Shown in pieces: positions 20,242 to 30,071 of a DNA stretch of 64,000 bases. A program made the translations under genes and the position numbers. Below the pieces are notes generated by a model. That model searched no databases. It worked only from the letters and a program-made list of their open reading frames with translations, and was not told where the DNA came from. How positions within the stretch are numbered: position 1 is the first letter of the stretch; every line of letters starts with the position of its first letter. This DNA comes from Alphaproteobacteria bacterium. Lineage in GTDB: Bacteria > Pseudomonadota > Alphaproteobacteria > SP197. The DNA is taken from NCBI GenBank assembly GCA_965228895.1, contig OZ245842.1, positions 256,001-320,000 on the forward strand. The letters are read 5' to 3'.

Positions 20242-20838
20242 CTACGAGGCCGTGTTCGTCGAGGTCGTGTCCTGAACCTCGGGGTCGGCGACCGCCGGAC
20301 GTTTGAGGCCCGAGCGCAGATAGACCCAGCCGGTGATCAGCGTCAAAACGGCGGCGACCCAGAACAAGACCTGGCCGACCACATAGGTGTCGACGACTTC
20401 GCCAAACGTGGGGCCGCCCGGTCCCAGAATCAACAAACCCAGCGCCACCATCTGAACCGTCGTTTTCCACTTCGCCAGCCGCGTCACCGGCAACGCGACG
20501 CCGTGTTCGGCGAGGTACTCGCGCAGGCCCGACACCAGAAGCTCGCGGCATATGATCAGGATCGCGGGCACCAGGGGCGCATCACCGGTCCACACCAGGG
20601 TAACGATCAACGCGCCGACCAGAAGTTTGTCGGCGATCGGATCGAACAATCGGCCCAGGGGTGAGGCCACGCGAAATCGCCTGGCGATCCAGCCGTCGGC
20701 AAAGTCGGTCACGGCCGCCAGAACAAACAAGAAGAACGCGAGCCAGCGTGCCATCTGGCTGTCCCAGAAGAACAGCGCCACGATGACCGGGATAATCACG
20801 ATCCGGCCAAAAGTCAGGATGTTGGGCAGACGTTTCAT
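20242..20838 (-). CDS. pgsA: CDP-diacylglycerol--glycerol-3-phosphate phosphatidyltransferase
   Basis: LPNILT and DFADGWIARR..GRLFDPIADK motifs. Confidence 0.96.
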   Translation of the reverse strand: MKRLPNILTFGRIVIIPVIVALFFWDSQMARWLAFFLFVLAAVTDFADGWIARRFRVASPLGRLFDPIADKLLVGALIVTLVWTGDAPLVPAILIICRELLVSGLREYLAEHGVALPVTRLAKWKTTVQMVALGLLILGPGGPTFGEVVDTYVVGQVLFWVAAVLTLITGWVYLRSGLKRPAVADPEVQDTTSTNTAS

Positions 20839-20885
20839 CGTAATCCGGGCTTGCCGAAGGCGGGCCGGTTATAGCACGGCGGGCG

Positions 20886-21024
20886 CTAGAGCAGATCCCG
20901 TTTTGATGGAATCGCGCTGCGATGCCATCAGAACGGGTGAATCTGCTCTACTCAGAAATAGAGAGCGGATTCACGTGATTAGGTGGAACCGTTCATCGGT
21001 TCCACCTAATCACGACCCGCTCTA
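20886..21024. repeat. Double-hairpin repeat, copy 5
   Basis: Closely similar to copy 4; its right end CTA is the uvrC stop. Confidence 0.9.
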
Positions 21025-22947
21025 CGGGTGAAAGTGGTCGTAGATCCGCTGCGCGACCCGGCGATCGATGCCATCGACCCGTTCCAGATCGGTCAGCCCG
21101 GCCTCCGAGACCGCCTTGGCTGAGCCGAAATGGTGCAGCAGTGCCTTTTTCCGCTTGGCGCCGATGCCGGCGATCTCGTCCAAGAGCGAGCGCCCGATCG
21201 CCTTGCCGCGCTTCTGGCGGTGCGCGCCGATGGCGAAGCGGTGGGCCTCGTCGCGGATCCGCTGCATGAAATAGAGCACGGGATCGCGCTCCGGCAGCAT
21301 GAACGGCTGACGATCGGTCATGAAGAACCGTTCGCGCCCGGCATCGCGGTCCGGGCCCTTGGCGACACCCATGACGGCGACACCGGACACGCCCAGTTCC
21401 TCGAAGACTTCCTCGGCACAGCCAAGCTGACCCTGGCCGCCGTCGACGACAATCAGGTCGGGCCATGTGTCTTCCTGGCGGTCGGGGTCCTCTTTCAGGA
21501 GGCGCTGGAAACGGCGGGTCAGAACCTCGCGCATCATGGCGTAGTCGTCGCCGCCGATACCGTCGCGCTGGGCGGCTTCGCCCTTGATGGTGAACTTGCG
21601 GTACTGGTTTTTGATGAACCCCTCCGGCCCGGCGACGATCATCGCGCCAACCGGCTGGGCGCCCTGGATGTGACTGTTGTCGTAGACCTCGATGCGGCTG
21701 GGCGCGGTGTCCAGGCCAAAGCGTTCGGCGACGCCTTCCAGCAGAGTCCGTTGGGTGGCGCTTTCGGCAAGCCGGCGACCGAGTGCGTCACGGGCGTTGG
21801 CGCGCGCGTGGTCCATCAGTTCCCGGCGCGTGCCGCGCTGCGGCTTGACGAGCTGGACCTTGCGCTCGGCGCGCGCTGAGAGCGCTTCCTCGATCAACGC
21901 TTTTTCGTCCGGCTCTTCGCTGACCAGAACCAACTTGGGGACCTCCTTGTCCTCGTAGAACTGGCTCAAGAACGCGGCCAGCACTTCCGGTCCGCTCTGG
22001 TCCTTGGTACGCACCGGATAAAACGCCCGGTTGCCGTAGTTGCGGCCGTTGCGCACGAAGAACACCTGAACGCAGGCTTGGCCGCCCTGCTGGTAGAGCG
22101 CGACGACATCGGCCTCGCTGATGGTCGAGACGTTGATGCCCTGGTGCGCCTGGATGTGATTCAAGGCGCGGATGCGGTCGCGATAACCGGCCGCACGCTC
22201 GAAGGCCAATTCGGCGCTGGCCTCCTCCATGCGTTCGACGAAGCTGTCCTGGACCTCGCGTGTGCGCCCGCGCAGGAAGGCGCGGACCTCGTCGACGATA
22301 TGCTGGTAGTCCGACAGTGCGATCTTGTCGACGCAGGGCGCCGTGCAGCGTTTGATCTGATACTGCAGGCAGGGCCGGGTGCGGTTGGCGAACACGTGAT
22401 CGCTGCAGCTCCTCAAGGGAAACGCACGCTGCAAGGCGACCAGGGTCTGGTTGACCGATCCGGCCGAAGCAAACGGACCAAAGTACTCGCCCTTTTTGCG
22501 CCTTGCGCCCCGATGTTTGACGATCTGCGGCCAGTCATGGTCGGCGCGCAACAGGATATAGGGGAACGACTTGTCGTCGCGCAGGGTGACGTTGAAGCGG
22601 GGCTTCAGCTTCTTGATCAGGTTGGCTTCCAGCAGCAGCGCGTCGGCTTCGGTATGGGTGGTGACGACCTCCATACGCGCGGTCAGGGCGACCATGCGGT
22701 GCAGCCGGGGATCGAGCCGCCCGGGCTGGGTGTAGGCGGTGACCCGTTTCTTCAGGTTGCGCGCCTTGCCGACATAGAGCACTTCGCCCTTGGCGCTCAG
22801 CATGCGGTAGACGCCGGCGGCGGACGGCATGGTCTTCAGCGCCGCCTGAATCGCCTCGGCGCCACGCGCGCCGGTATCGCGCGCGTCTTCCGTCGCCGGG
22901 CCCGCGGTCTCCGGGGCTGGCCGTTCGTCTCTGTCCGCCTTTGCCAT
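21022..22947 (-). CDS. uvrC: Excinuclease ABC subunit C
   Basis: GIY-YIG (GVYRM..LYVGKA), [16 protein letters not shown] and HhH motifs. Confidence 0.98.
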   Translation of the reverse strand: MAKADRDERPAPETAGPATEDARDTGARGAEAIQAALKTMPSAAGVYRMLSAKGEVLYVGKARNLKKRVTAYTQPGRLDPRLHRMVALTARMEVVTTHTEADALLLEANLIKKLKPRFNVTLRDDKSFPYILLRADHDWPQIVKHRGARRKKGEYFGPFASAGSVNQTLVALQRAFPLRSCSDHVFANRTRPCLQYQIKRCTAPCVDKIALSDYQHIVDEVRAFLRGRTREVQDSFVERMEEASAELAFERAAGYRDRIRALNHIQAHQGINVSTISEADVVALYQQGGQACVQVFFVRNGRNYGNRAFYPVRTKDQSGPEVLAAFLSQFYEDKEVPKLVLVSEEPDEKALIEEALSARAERKVQLVKPQRGTRRELMDHARANARDALGRRLAESATQRTLLEGVAERFGLDTAPSRIEVYDNSHIQGAQPVGAMIVAGPEGFIKNQYRKFTIKGEAAQRDGIGGDDYAMMREVLTRRFQRLLKEDPDRQEDTWPDLIVVDGGQGQLGCAEEVFEELGVSGVAVMGVAKGPDRDAGRERFFMTDRQPFMLPERDPVLYFMQRIRDEAHRFAIGAHRQKRGKAIGRSLLDEIAGIGAKRKKALLHHFGSAKAVSEAGLTDLERVDGIDRRVAQRIYDHFHP

Positions 22948-23038
22948 GGTGGGATCTTAGATGATGCGGCGGCGGCACAAAATCAAAGAGCCCGGCGGAC
23001 GATCCACCGGGCTCCCTGTCAAACTCCTGACAGCGGGG

Positions 23039-23698
23039 TCAGTCTTTGGGCTGCGGTACGATGCGCAGGTAGGGCTTCGGCGCTTTCCAGCCGCCCGGGA
23101 ACCGTTCCTTGGCCTCGTCGTCCTTGACCGCCGGTACGATGATGACGTCGCCGCCCTGCTGCCAGTTCGCGGGTGTCGCGACCTTGTGCTTGGCCGTCAA
23201 CTGGCAGGAATCGAGCAGGCGCAGGATCTCGTCGAAGTTGCGGCCCGTGCTCATGGGATAGGTCAGCATCGCCTTGATCTGCTTGTCGGGGCCGATCACG
23301 AAGACCGAGCGTACGGTCGCGTTGTCGACCGGCGTGCGGCCTTCCGACGTGCCGCCGGTATCGGCCGGCAGCATGTTGTAGGCCTTGGCGACGGCAAGCG
23401 TGGGGTCGCCGATCAAGGGGTAGTTGACCGCATGCCCCTGGGTTTCCTCGATATCCTTCGACCACTCCTCGTGGTTCGACACCGGATCGACGCTAAGGCC
23501 GATAATCTTGCAGTTGCGCCTGTCGAACTCTTTCTTCATGCCGGCGACATAACCGAGCTCGGTGGTGCAGACCGGCGTGAAGTCCTTGGGATGCGAGAAC
23601 AGAATGCACCAGCCGTCGCCGATCCAGTCGTGGAAGCTGATGCTGCCCTCCGTCGTATCGGCCGTGAAATCGGGTGCCGTGCTGTTGATGCTAAGCAT
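23039..23698 (-). CDS. 1-Cys peroxiredoxin (Prx6 family)
   Basis: HPKDFTPVCTTE and GRNFDEILR motifs; ATG with RBS at 23698. Confidence 0.95.
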   Translation of the reverse strand: MLSINSTAPDFTADTTEGSISFHDWIGDGWCILFSHPKDFTPVCTTELGYVAGMKKEFDRRNCKIIGLSVDPVSNHEEWSKDIEETQGHAVNYPLIGDPTLAVAKAYNMLPADTGGTSEGRTPVDNATVRSVFVIGPDKQIKAMLTYPMSTGRNFDEILRLLDSCQLTAKHKVATPANWQQGGDVIIVPAVKDDEAKERFPGGWKAPKPYLRIVPQPKD

Positions 23699-23825
23699 GG
23701 ATGAGTCTCCCCCTATAGGTTGCTGAACGATGCGGGTTCCAGCGTCGCCGTTGTGGCTCGGCGAATCAATGTGGACTCCGCATATGGGTTGGAACCTTGC
23801 CGTGTTGAAGATGCGGAAACAAATG

Positions 23826-23856
23826 AAAGGGGCCGGTCCGCGACGCGAACCGGCCC
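23826..23856 (-). terminator. Probable intrinsic terminator after fhs
   Basis: GGGGCCGG...CCGGCCCC stem followed by Ts on the minus strand. Confidence 0.55.
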
Positions 23857-23882
23857 CGATCAAGCAGGTTTGATGCGGTGGC

Positions 23883-25565
23883 TCAGAACAGACCGGAAAT
23901 ACGCCCGCTGTCGTCGACGTCGATTTTGTCGGCGGCGGGTACGCGGGGCAGGCCCGGCATGGTCATGATGGCGCCGGTGATGACGACCAGGAATTCGGCC
24001 CCGGCCGACAGCCGGACCTCACGGATCGGCACGTTGAAGCCGGAGGGCGCCGCCTTCAGTGTCGGATCGGTCGAGAAGCTGTACTGGGTCTTGGCCATGC
24101 AGATCGGGAAGTTGCGCGCCGGCGTCTCGTCGAGTTCACGAAACTGCTTGCGGATGGTGTCGTCGGCCTGGATGTCGTCGGCGCCATAGATCTCCTGCGC
24201 GATCGTGCGGACCTTATCCAGAAGCGGCAAATCGTCGGCATAGAGCGGCTTGAAGTCGCTGGGCGTGGTGTCGATCATGTCGACGACGGCCCGCGCCACG
24301 TCTTCGGCGCCGGCGCCGCCATCGGCCCAATGATTGGCCTCGACGCAACTGATGCCCTCGGCTGCGGAGAGTTCCAGCAGTTTGGCCATCTCCGCATCGG
24401 TGTCGGTGATGAACCGGTTGACCGACACGATGGCGGGAACGCCGAACTTGCGGACGTTCTCGATATGACGGCGAAGGTTGGCGAAACCGGCTTCGACAGC
24501 CGCAACATTCTCGTCCTTCAGGTCGTCCTTGGCGACGCCACCGTGCATCTTGAGCGCGCGAATGGTGGCGACGATGACAGCGCAGTCGGGCTTCAGGCCG
24601 GCCTTGCGGCACTTGATGTCGAAGAACTTTTCGGCACCGAGGTCGGCGCCAAAGCCGGCTTCGGTGACGACATAGTCGGCCAGCTTCAAGGCCGTGGTCG
24701 TGGCCAGTACGCTGTTGCAACCATGGGCGATGTTGGCGAACGGGCCGCCATGGACAAAGGCCGGGTTGTTCTCCAACGTCTGCACCAGGTTGGGTTTGAT
24801 GGCGTCTTTCAAGAGCGCAGCCATGGCGCCCTCGGCATTGAGCTCTGCGGCGGTCACCGGCTTGCGCTCGCGGGTATAGCCGACGACGATCTGGCCCAGG
24901 CGGCGCTTCAGGTCGTGCAGGTCGGTCGCCAGGCAAAAGATCGCCATGACCTCCGAGGCCACGGTGATGTCGAACCCGTCCTCGCGCGCGAAACCGTTGG
25001 CGACGCCGCCCAGGCTGTTGACGATCTGACGCAGCGCCCGGTCGTTCATGTCAACGACGCGGCGCCAGGCAACACGGCGGGTGTCGATGCCCAAGGCGTT
25101 GCCCCAATAGATGTGGTTGTCGATCATCGCCGCCAGCAGGTTGTTGGCGACGCCGATGGCGTGGAAATCCCCGGTGAAGTGAAGGTTGATGTCTTCCATC
25201 GGGACGACCTGGGCATAACCGCCGCCCGCGGCGCCGCCCTTCATGCCGAAGGAGGGGCCAAGCGATGGTTCGCGCAGGCAGATCAGAGTCTTTTTGCCGA
25301 TGCGATTCAGCGCATCGCCCAGGCCGACGGTGGTTGTCGTCTTGCCTTCGCCCGCCGGGGTCGGCGTGATCGCGGTGACCAGGATCAGTTTGCCGTCCGG
25401 CCGGTCCTTGATCTCGCTGATGTAGTCCAGCGAGATTTTCGCCTTGGTGTGGCCATAGGGTTCCAGGAATTCTGGGTCGATGCCTAGGCGGTCCTTGGCC
25501 AACTCCATGATTGGTTTGATCGTGGCGGCTTGGGCAATTTCAATATCGGATTTCGGCGTGGCCAT
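23883..25565 (-). CDS. fhs: Formate--tetrahydrofolate ligase
   Basis: [33 protein letters not shown] and [10 protein letters not shown] motifs. Confidence 0.98.
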   Translation of the reverse strand: MATPKSDIEIAQAATIKPIMELAKDRLGIDPEFLEPYGHTKAKISLDYISEIKDRPDGKLILVTAITPTPAGEGKTTTTVGLGDALNRIGKKTLICLREPSLGPSFGMKGGAAGGGYAQVVPMEDINLHFTGDFHAIGVANNLLAAMIDNHIYWGNALGIDTRRVAWRRVVDMNDRALRQIVNSLGGVANGFAREDGFDITVASEVMAIFCLATDLHDLKRRLGQIVVGYTRERKPVTAAELNAEGAMAALLKDAIKPNLVQTLENNPAFVHGGPFANIAHGCNSVLATTTALKLADYVVTEAGFGADLGAEKFFDIKCRKAGLKPDCAVIVATIRALKMHGGVAKDDLKDENVAAVEAGFANLRRHIENVRKFGVPAIVSVNRFITDTDAEMAKLLELSAAEGISCVEANHWADGGAGAEDVARAVVDMIDTTPSDFKPLYADDLPLLDKVRTIAQEIYGADDIQADDTIRKQFRELDETPARNFPICMAKTQYSFSTDPTLKAAPSGFNVPIREVRLSAGAEFLVVITGAIMTMPGLPRVPAADKIDVDDSGRISGLF

Positions 25566-25676
25566 CGGCGGTTCCCCTGTTGGCGCGGCATTATCGGGAA
25601 GTAGGTGGAAGGGACTTTAGCGGCGGCCGTGCGGCGGTCGCGCAAGGAATCGACGTATCGTGTCGCGCCCGGTCCT

Positions 25677-25706
25677 AATTGGTGGAATTGGTTCCAAATT
25701 GGCTTA
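25677..25706. promoter_or_regulatory. Triple AATTGG repeat; candidate FadR/GntR operator upstream of fhs
   Basis: AATTGGTGGAATTGGTTCCAAATTGGCT matches the motifs at 36292 and 36369. Confidence 0.6.
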
Positions 25707-25782
25707 GCGCATGGTCCTCAGATTCGCCCTGCAGGTCAAGCCATGCTGGCCCAAATCCGGCCTATTTTCACAGTGCTTTGAG

Positions 25783-25819
25783 CAAAGAAAAGGGCGGTGG
25801 ACCGAAGCCCACCGCCCTT
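25783..25819 (-). terminator. Intrinsic terminator of the amt / small-protein unit
   Basis: AAGGGCGGTGG...CCACCGCCCTT stem with a T-tract on the minus strand. Confidence 0.7.
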
Positions 25820-25841
25820 GATCGTTTTGATCGACGCCGGG

Positions 25842-26078
25842 CTACTTCTCGACCATGGCGTCGTACGTACCGCGATGATCCAGCGCCTTGTCCAGCCCGA
25901 CTTCGCGGTAGTAGGTCAAGGCCCGGTCGTACTCATCGTTTTCGGATCGGATCTGCCAGATGTGCCAGATGATCCAGACCAGAACACCGACGATCACCAG
26001 GATCCCTTCGATGCCCGGGAACGGGTAGATGGCGCCCAGGTTGGCGATATCACCCCAGCTTTCGACATTGGTCGACAT
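25842..26078 (-). CDS. Small single-TM hypothetical protein downstream of amt
   Basis: RBS AGAGGAGG, one TM helix (GILVIVGVLVWIIWHIW), 19 bp after amt. Confidence 0.8.
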   Translation of the reverse strand: MSTNVESWGDIANLGAIYPFPGIEGILVIVGVLVWIIWHIWQIRSENDEYDRALTYYREVGLDKALDHRGTYDAMVEK

Positions 26079-26097
26079 GCTCTTCCTCCTCTAAGGC

Positions 26098-27561
26098 TCA
26101 GTCGCCCTGACCACGGGCCAGTTCACGGTCGATATCCTCCTGGGCCGTATCGCGGTAAGTGAAATACGGGAAGGCATCGCCATAGTCGTGGGTGTCGAGA
26201 CCGGCGAGTTCGACCTCGCGCGGCACACGCAACCAGCCCAGCGAGTCCAGGATCTTCGACACAACCCAACATGGGATGAAGCCGAGCACCCAGAACATGA
26301 TGATGGCGCCGATGAAGTTACCCAGCGGGTTGATGATCGCGATGCCTTCGGGGGTGCTGCCGAACAGGCCCTGGACTTCGCCCATGACGTTGGACGGGTA
26401 GCCCCAAAGCATGAAGCCGGCGATGACCGTGCCGAGGAAACCGGCATAGCCATGCACCGCGACCGCGCCGACCGCATCGTCGATCTTGAACCGACGCTCG
26501 ACCCAATAGTGCATCTTGTAGGCGAACCAGACACCGACCATCGCGATCAACATGGCTTCGATCGGATGATAGAGGTCGTTGCCCGCCGACGCACAAATGA
26601 TGCCCGCCAGACCACCCGAATAACTCCAGAACGGATCGCCGCGGCTCACCATGTAACCCGCGAGCAGACCGCCGGACAGCGACATCAGGAAGTTGAACGT
26701 GATCGCCGACAAGGTTGTCGGTGTCAGATAGATGTTCGTAGCGGTGAAGTACGGTTCAGCGCCCTCAAGGCCTAGAACAGCGCCATTGAAGTCGATGATC
26801 GGGATGTTGCAGGCCGCGTAGAAACCCCAGAAGCCCGTATAGATCAGGAACAGGCCGACCGTGACGAGCCACGGATTGTTCTTCGGGAAATCGCGCGGCG
26901 TGCCGTCCGCGGCGAACTTGCCGAGACGTGGGCCGAGCACCACCAAGATGGCGAGCGCCGAGCCGCCGGCAATGCCGTGCACCACCGATGACGCGTAGGC
27001 GTCGTGGTAGCCCAAGAGCTGCACCATCCAACCGTTGTAGGACCAGCCCCAGGCCGCGTCGATGATCCACGTTACCGAGCCGACCAAGACAGCCAGGATC
27101 AGGAATCCCTGGGTCTTGATGCGCTCGATCACCGCGCCGGACACGATCGAGGCCGTGGTCCACGAGAACAGCAGGAAGGCCGCCCAGAACACACCGTTGA
27201 TTCGCGACCACCAGCCGTGATCATCCACGGTCAAGCTACCGGTCTGAACTGTGATCTCCCCACCCAGGTGGGTACCCATCATTTCCGACCAGGGCAGGGC
27301 CCAAGGCGCTTCACTGAATCCGCCCATGAACGGGAAGTACGGAAACGCGAAATAGATCCACCAGCCGAAGAAGAAGAACGTGATGGTCACCAGCGGGATG
27401 AGCATCGTGTTCTTCATCAACGTGTGCTGGACGTTCTTGCGGCGCGAGGCGCCGACCTCATAGACACAGAATCCGACATGGATCAGGAACATCATCACGA
27501 CCGTGACCCAATAGTAGAATTCCGTGAAGATGACGGTAAGTGAGTCTAAACCGTCAGTCAT
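26098..27561 (-). CDS. Divergent Amt-family ammonium/methylammonium transporter
   Basis: SIVSGAVIER, VVHG, GPRLGKF and DDAVGAVAVHG (twin His) motifs. Confidence 0.92.
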   Translation of the reverse strand: MTDGLDSLTVIFTEFYYWVTVVMMFLIHVGFCVYEVGASRRKNVQHTLMKNTMLIPLVTITFFFFGWWIYFAFPYFPFMGGFSEAPWALPWSEMMGTHLGGEITVQTGSLTVDDHGWWSRINGVFWAAFLLFSWTTASIVSGAVIERIKTQGFLILAVLVGSVTWIIDAAWGWSYNGWMVQLLGYHDAYASSVVHGIAGGSALAILVVLGPRLGKFAADGTPRDFPKNNPWLVTVGLFLIYTGFWGFYAACNIPIIDFNGAVLGLEGAEPYFTATNIYLTPTTLSAITFNFLMSLSGGLLAGYMVSRGDPFWSYSGGLAGIICASAGNDLYHPIEAMLIAMVGVWFAYKMHYWVERRFKIDDAVGAVAVHGYAGFLGTVIAGFMLWGYPSNVMGEVQGLFGSTPEGIAIINPLGNFIGAIIMFWVLGFIPCWVVSKILDSLGWLRVPREVELAGLDTHDYGDAFPYFTYRDTAQEDIDRELARGQGD

Positions 27562-27662
27562 TCCCCAGATCCCCCTCGTTTAGTAGCGCATAGTCTCCCA
27601 TCTCGCGGTGTTGTCATGGCCCGCTTCGATGTCGCGCAAAGTCTAGGGAGTTTTTAACCGGC

Positions 27663-27678
27663 TGCAACTGTGTTGCCA
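27663..27678 (-). promoter_or_regulatory. Sigma-54 (-24/-12) promoter candidate for amt
   Basis: Minus strand reads TGGCAACACAGTTGCA with correct GG-N10-GC spacing; near-IHF site TATCAACTGTTTC at 27684-27696. Confidence 0.6.
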
Positions 27679-27782
27679 TCGGTTATCAACTGTTTCACCT
27701 TGGGAAACTTTTTGAAGATGTTTGACGTGATGGCAGCCGGTGTTAGAAAACGACCTTGTTTCAAGGGTTTGGTGCAATTTTG

Positions 27783-28358
27783 ATGGTCGAAGACAACAGC
27801 CTGACTGACGCTGGCGCGGCGCTCAGACGCCATTTTTTGGGGTGGCAGTGCCGCATCCGCCAGCATGCCATGCGCCGCGACGCCGGCCGTCCGTCCGATG
27901 GCATGCGCCCGGAACTGCAGCGTATCGACGGCGACGGGCTGGGCCGTATCACCGTGGTGATCTGTGAAGCCGACCCGGATGCGACGACGGATCAGTTCCG
28001 CCACATCGTGCAGCGCACCATGGATCCGCAGGAGCGCTTCAAGAAAGGCGTTCAGTTCCTGTCATCGGCCTATTTCCAGAAGGGCGATACGTTTTGCGAC
28101 GCCCTGCTCGCCCTGTTCGGCGCCGATACGGCGGTGGCGGCAATCCTGGATGACGAGCGGTGCGTGCTGGCCTTTCAACAGTTCAGCCAGAGCTATCGTC
28201 TGCCTTGCCGAGTCGAGCGGCTTGAGCAGGAGGATCGTTTGGCGCAGGCATTGTTGTGGCACAACAGGATGTTCAATCCGAACATCCCGCCTGATGTGTT
28301 ACCCGTCGCCTTTTGGCCGATATGGGATGAGGGAACGGCGTTTCCGCCGGCCGATTGA
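27783..28358 (+). CDS. Hypothetical protein divergent from amt
   Basis: Coding-like GC3 pattern; FLGWQCRIRQHAMR N-terminal motif; family not recognised. Confidence 0.75.
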   Translation: MVEDNSLTDAGAALRRHFLGWQCRIRQHAMRRDAGRPSDGMRPELQRIDGDGLGRITVVICEADPDATTDQFRHIVQRTMDPQERFKKGVQFLSSAYFQKGDTFCDALLALFGADTAVAAILDDERCVLAFQQFSQSYRLPCRVERLEQEDRLAQALLWHNRMFNPNIPPDVLPVAFWPIWDEGTAFPPAD

Positions 28359-28369
28359 CGATCGCGCGA

Positions 28370-29062
28370 TCAGAACTGGTATCTGACGGTCACTATCAAA
28401 TCATGAGACGTGATGCGGTCGGAACTAAAGCTCTCGCCGCCGGCCAAGGTGCCGCTGTCGAAGCCGCCTAGGTAGAGAAACCGGTAGGCGGTGCCAAGAT
28501 CCCACTGGTCGCTGAGCAGGTAGTCGATTCCCAAGGTGGCACCAAGGGCCAGGTTGTCGTCGTCGGTCGTCACATTGGTCGTCGCGTTGGTCGCGATCAC
28601 CGTGCGATCGACATCCGATGTGTTTCGCGCCCATCCCATCATGGCGCCGACAAAAGGCCGCCAATCGCTTTCGCCGCGAAACTCGTAGGCCAGACCGAGC
28701 AGCACCGTTGTCGACGACAGATTGTTCTCGTAACCGACCGTCGCTGGCCCGTTGACGGCGCGCAGGTCGATGTCCTGACGGAACCGGTAGCCGACCTCCA
28801 GTTCGGCGCGCAGCGGCACGTCGCCAAATCGGTAGCCGAAGGAGCCTGCCGCACCGGCGGTCGTGTCGTCGTCATGGTTGATCAGCAGGGTGCCAGCCAA
28901 ACCTGACGCGGTGATCTTGCGCACGTTGGTGTAGCCACCAAAAGCGCTAACGCCGATGTAGAAGCCGGCGTCGTCGCCGACAGCCCGGTCCGGCAGCCAC
29001 ACGCCAAGAGTCGCAAGGCACGCGGCGATTGCCATGGCCTTGCGGAGTTTGCCCCCGATCAT
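28370..29062 (-). CDS. Outer-membrane beta-barrel (OmpA/opacity-like)
   Basis: Signal peptide, alternating beta-strands, RAELE motif, C-terminal RYQF; start uncertain. Confidence 0.85.
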   Translation of the reverse strand: MIGGKLRKAMAIAACLATLGVWLPDRAVGDDAGFYIGVSAFGGYTNVRKITASGLAGTLLINHDDDTTAGAAGSFGYRFGDVPLRAELEVGYRFRQDIDLRAVNGPATVGYENNLSSTTVLLGLAYEFRGESDWRPFVGAMMGWARNTSDVDRTVIATNATTNVTTDDDNLALGATLGIDYLLSDQWDLGTAYRFLYLGGFDSGTLAGGESFSSDRITSHDLIVTVRYQF

Positions 29063-29402
29063 CGCGAATCCGCCCCCCTGGCCCCGCATAGATAAGCACC
29101 AGCTATCGGCAATATCGGTTCGACGTCAAAGGCTAATGTTCAATAGTCGACAAATGCCACGCTCTGGAGACCATCGGTGCGCAAAACCAAAACGGGTCGA
29201 TCGAAGCCCTTCATGCCAGCAGAATCATCCGTCATACTCTCTCTGGGCACACCGAGTCTTTCCGTGTGCTGGTGCAGGACCGTTTGGGCCATTGGCAATC
29301 CGAAACGTCAATCTTGTGCCGCATTTGCTGGATAGAGACCGATCGGTGCCCCACGTCTTGTTGGACGTGGTGATCATCGGACTCTGGGACGGGGGAAGAA
29401 AA

Positions 29403-29564
29403 ATGATTGATCATTATCGTAAGTTATTTTTTGCTTTGATCGCAGCGATGGCGCTGGGACTTGGTGTTGCCGCGTGCGACGACGGCGGTTCCGGTGACAG
29501 CGGGTCGAGTGATAGCGAGACTTCCAGCGGTGACTCCGGAAGCAGCGACGCTGGCAGTAGTTAA
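29403..29564 (+). CDS. 53-aa lipoprotein with a Ser/Gly/Asp low-complexity body
   Basis: MIDHYRKLFFALIAAMALGLGVAAC lipobox, purine-rich RBS, own terminator. Confidence 0.7.
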   Translation: MIDHYRKLFFALIAAMALGLGVAACDDGGSGDSGSSDSETSSGDSGSSDAGSS

Positions 29565-29607
29565 CGACAGCGGCGTTTGATCCGCCGCTTTCTTGAGCCA
29601 GAGAAGC

Positions 29608-29646
29608 AAAAAGGCTCCGGACGTCGCACCGTCCGGAGCCTTTTTC
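29608..29646. terminator. Bidirectional intrinsic terminator
   Basis: AAAAAGGCTCCGGACG...CGTCCGGAGCCTTTTT between convergent genes. Confidence 0.85.
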
Positions 29647-29668
29647 GTAATGGTCTGGTGACCGTTAT

Positions 29669-30058
29669 CTAGAACTTTCGATAGGCCTTGTTGAGATCGC
29701 GCATGGGATGGCGATCCGACATCTGGAACTTGATCAACAGTTCCCGCGCGATCATGTCGCGGTCCTGCTGGTTGTCAGGCAGCTCCATGTCATCGGGCAG
29801 GCGAATCCAGCCGTTGGCGTTGCGATCAAACACCGCCGGGCTGCCCTCTTCGTAGCCCATGTGGACGTCCTCCAACCAATTGAGGTCGTCCCAGCCCATG
29901 ATCTCGATGTAGTCCTTCAGGAACGGCGTGAGCCTTTCATAGTCGGGCAGCAGATTGACATCGTAGCGATAGCCGATGTGCTGGCCGATGACCTTCTCGC
30001 GTTCCGTGTCGAGACCGTCGGTCTTCAGAAAATGGTCGATATCCTTGACGTCGCTCAT
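29669..30058 (-). CDS. Hypothetical protein, last gene of the mgs/glx-like operon
   Basis: ATG with a GGAG RBS 13 bp after the mgsC-like stop; 129-aa acidic soluble protein. Confidence 0.8.
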   Translation of the reverse strand: MSDVKDIDHFLKTDGLDTEREKVIGQHIGYRYDVNLLPDYERLTPFLKDYIEIMGWDDLNWLEDVHMGYEEGSPAVFDRNANGWIRLPDDMELPDNQQDRDMIARELLIKFQMSDRHPMRDLNKAYRKF

Positions 30059-30071
30059 CGAGGCATCTCCC

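Noticed and set aside
29150-29330. Glycine riboswitch (CTCTGGAGA) upstream of the lipopeptide
   Set aside because: Lacks the CCGAAG and CTCAGG core elements.
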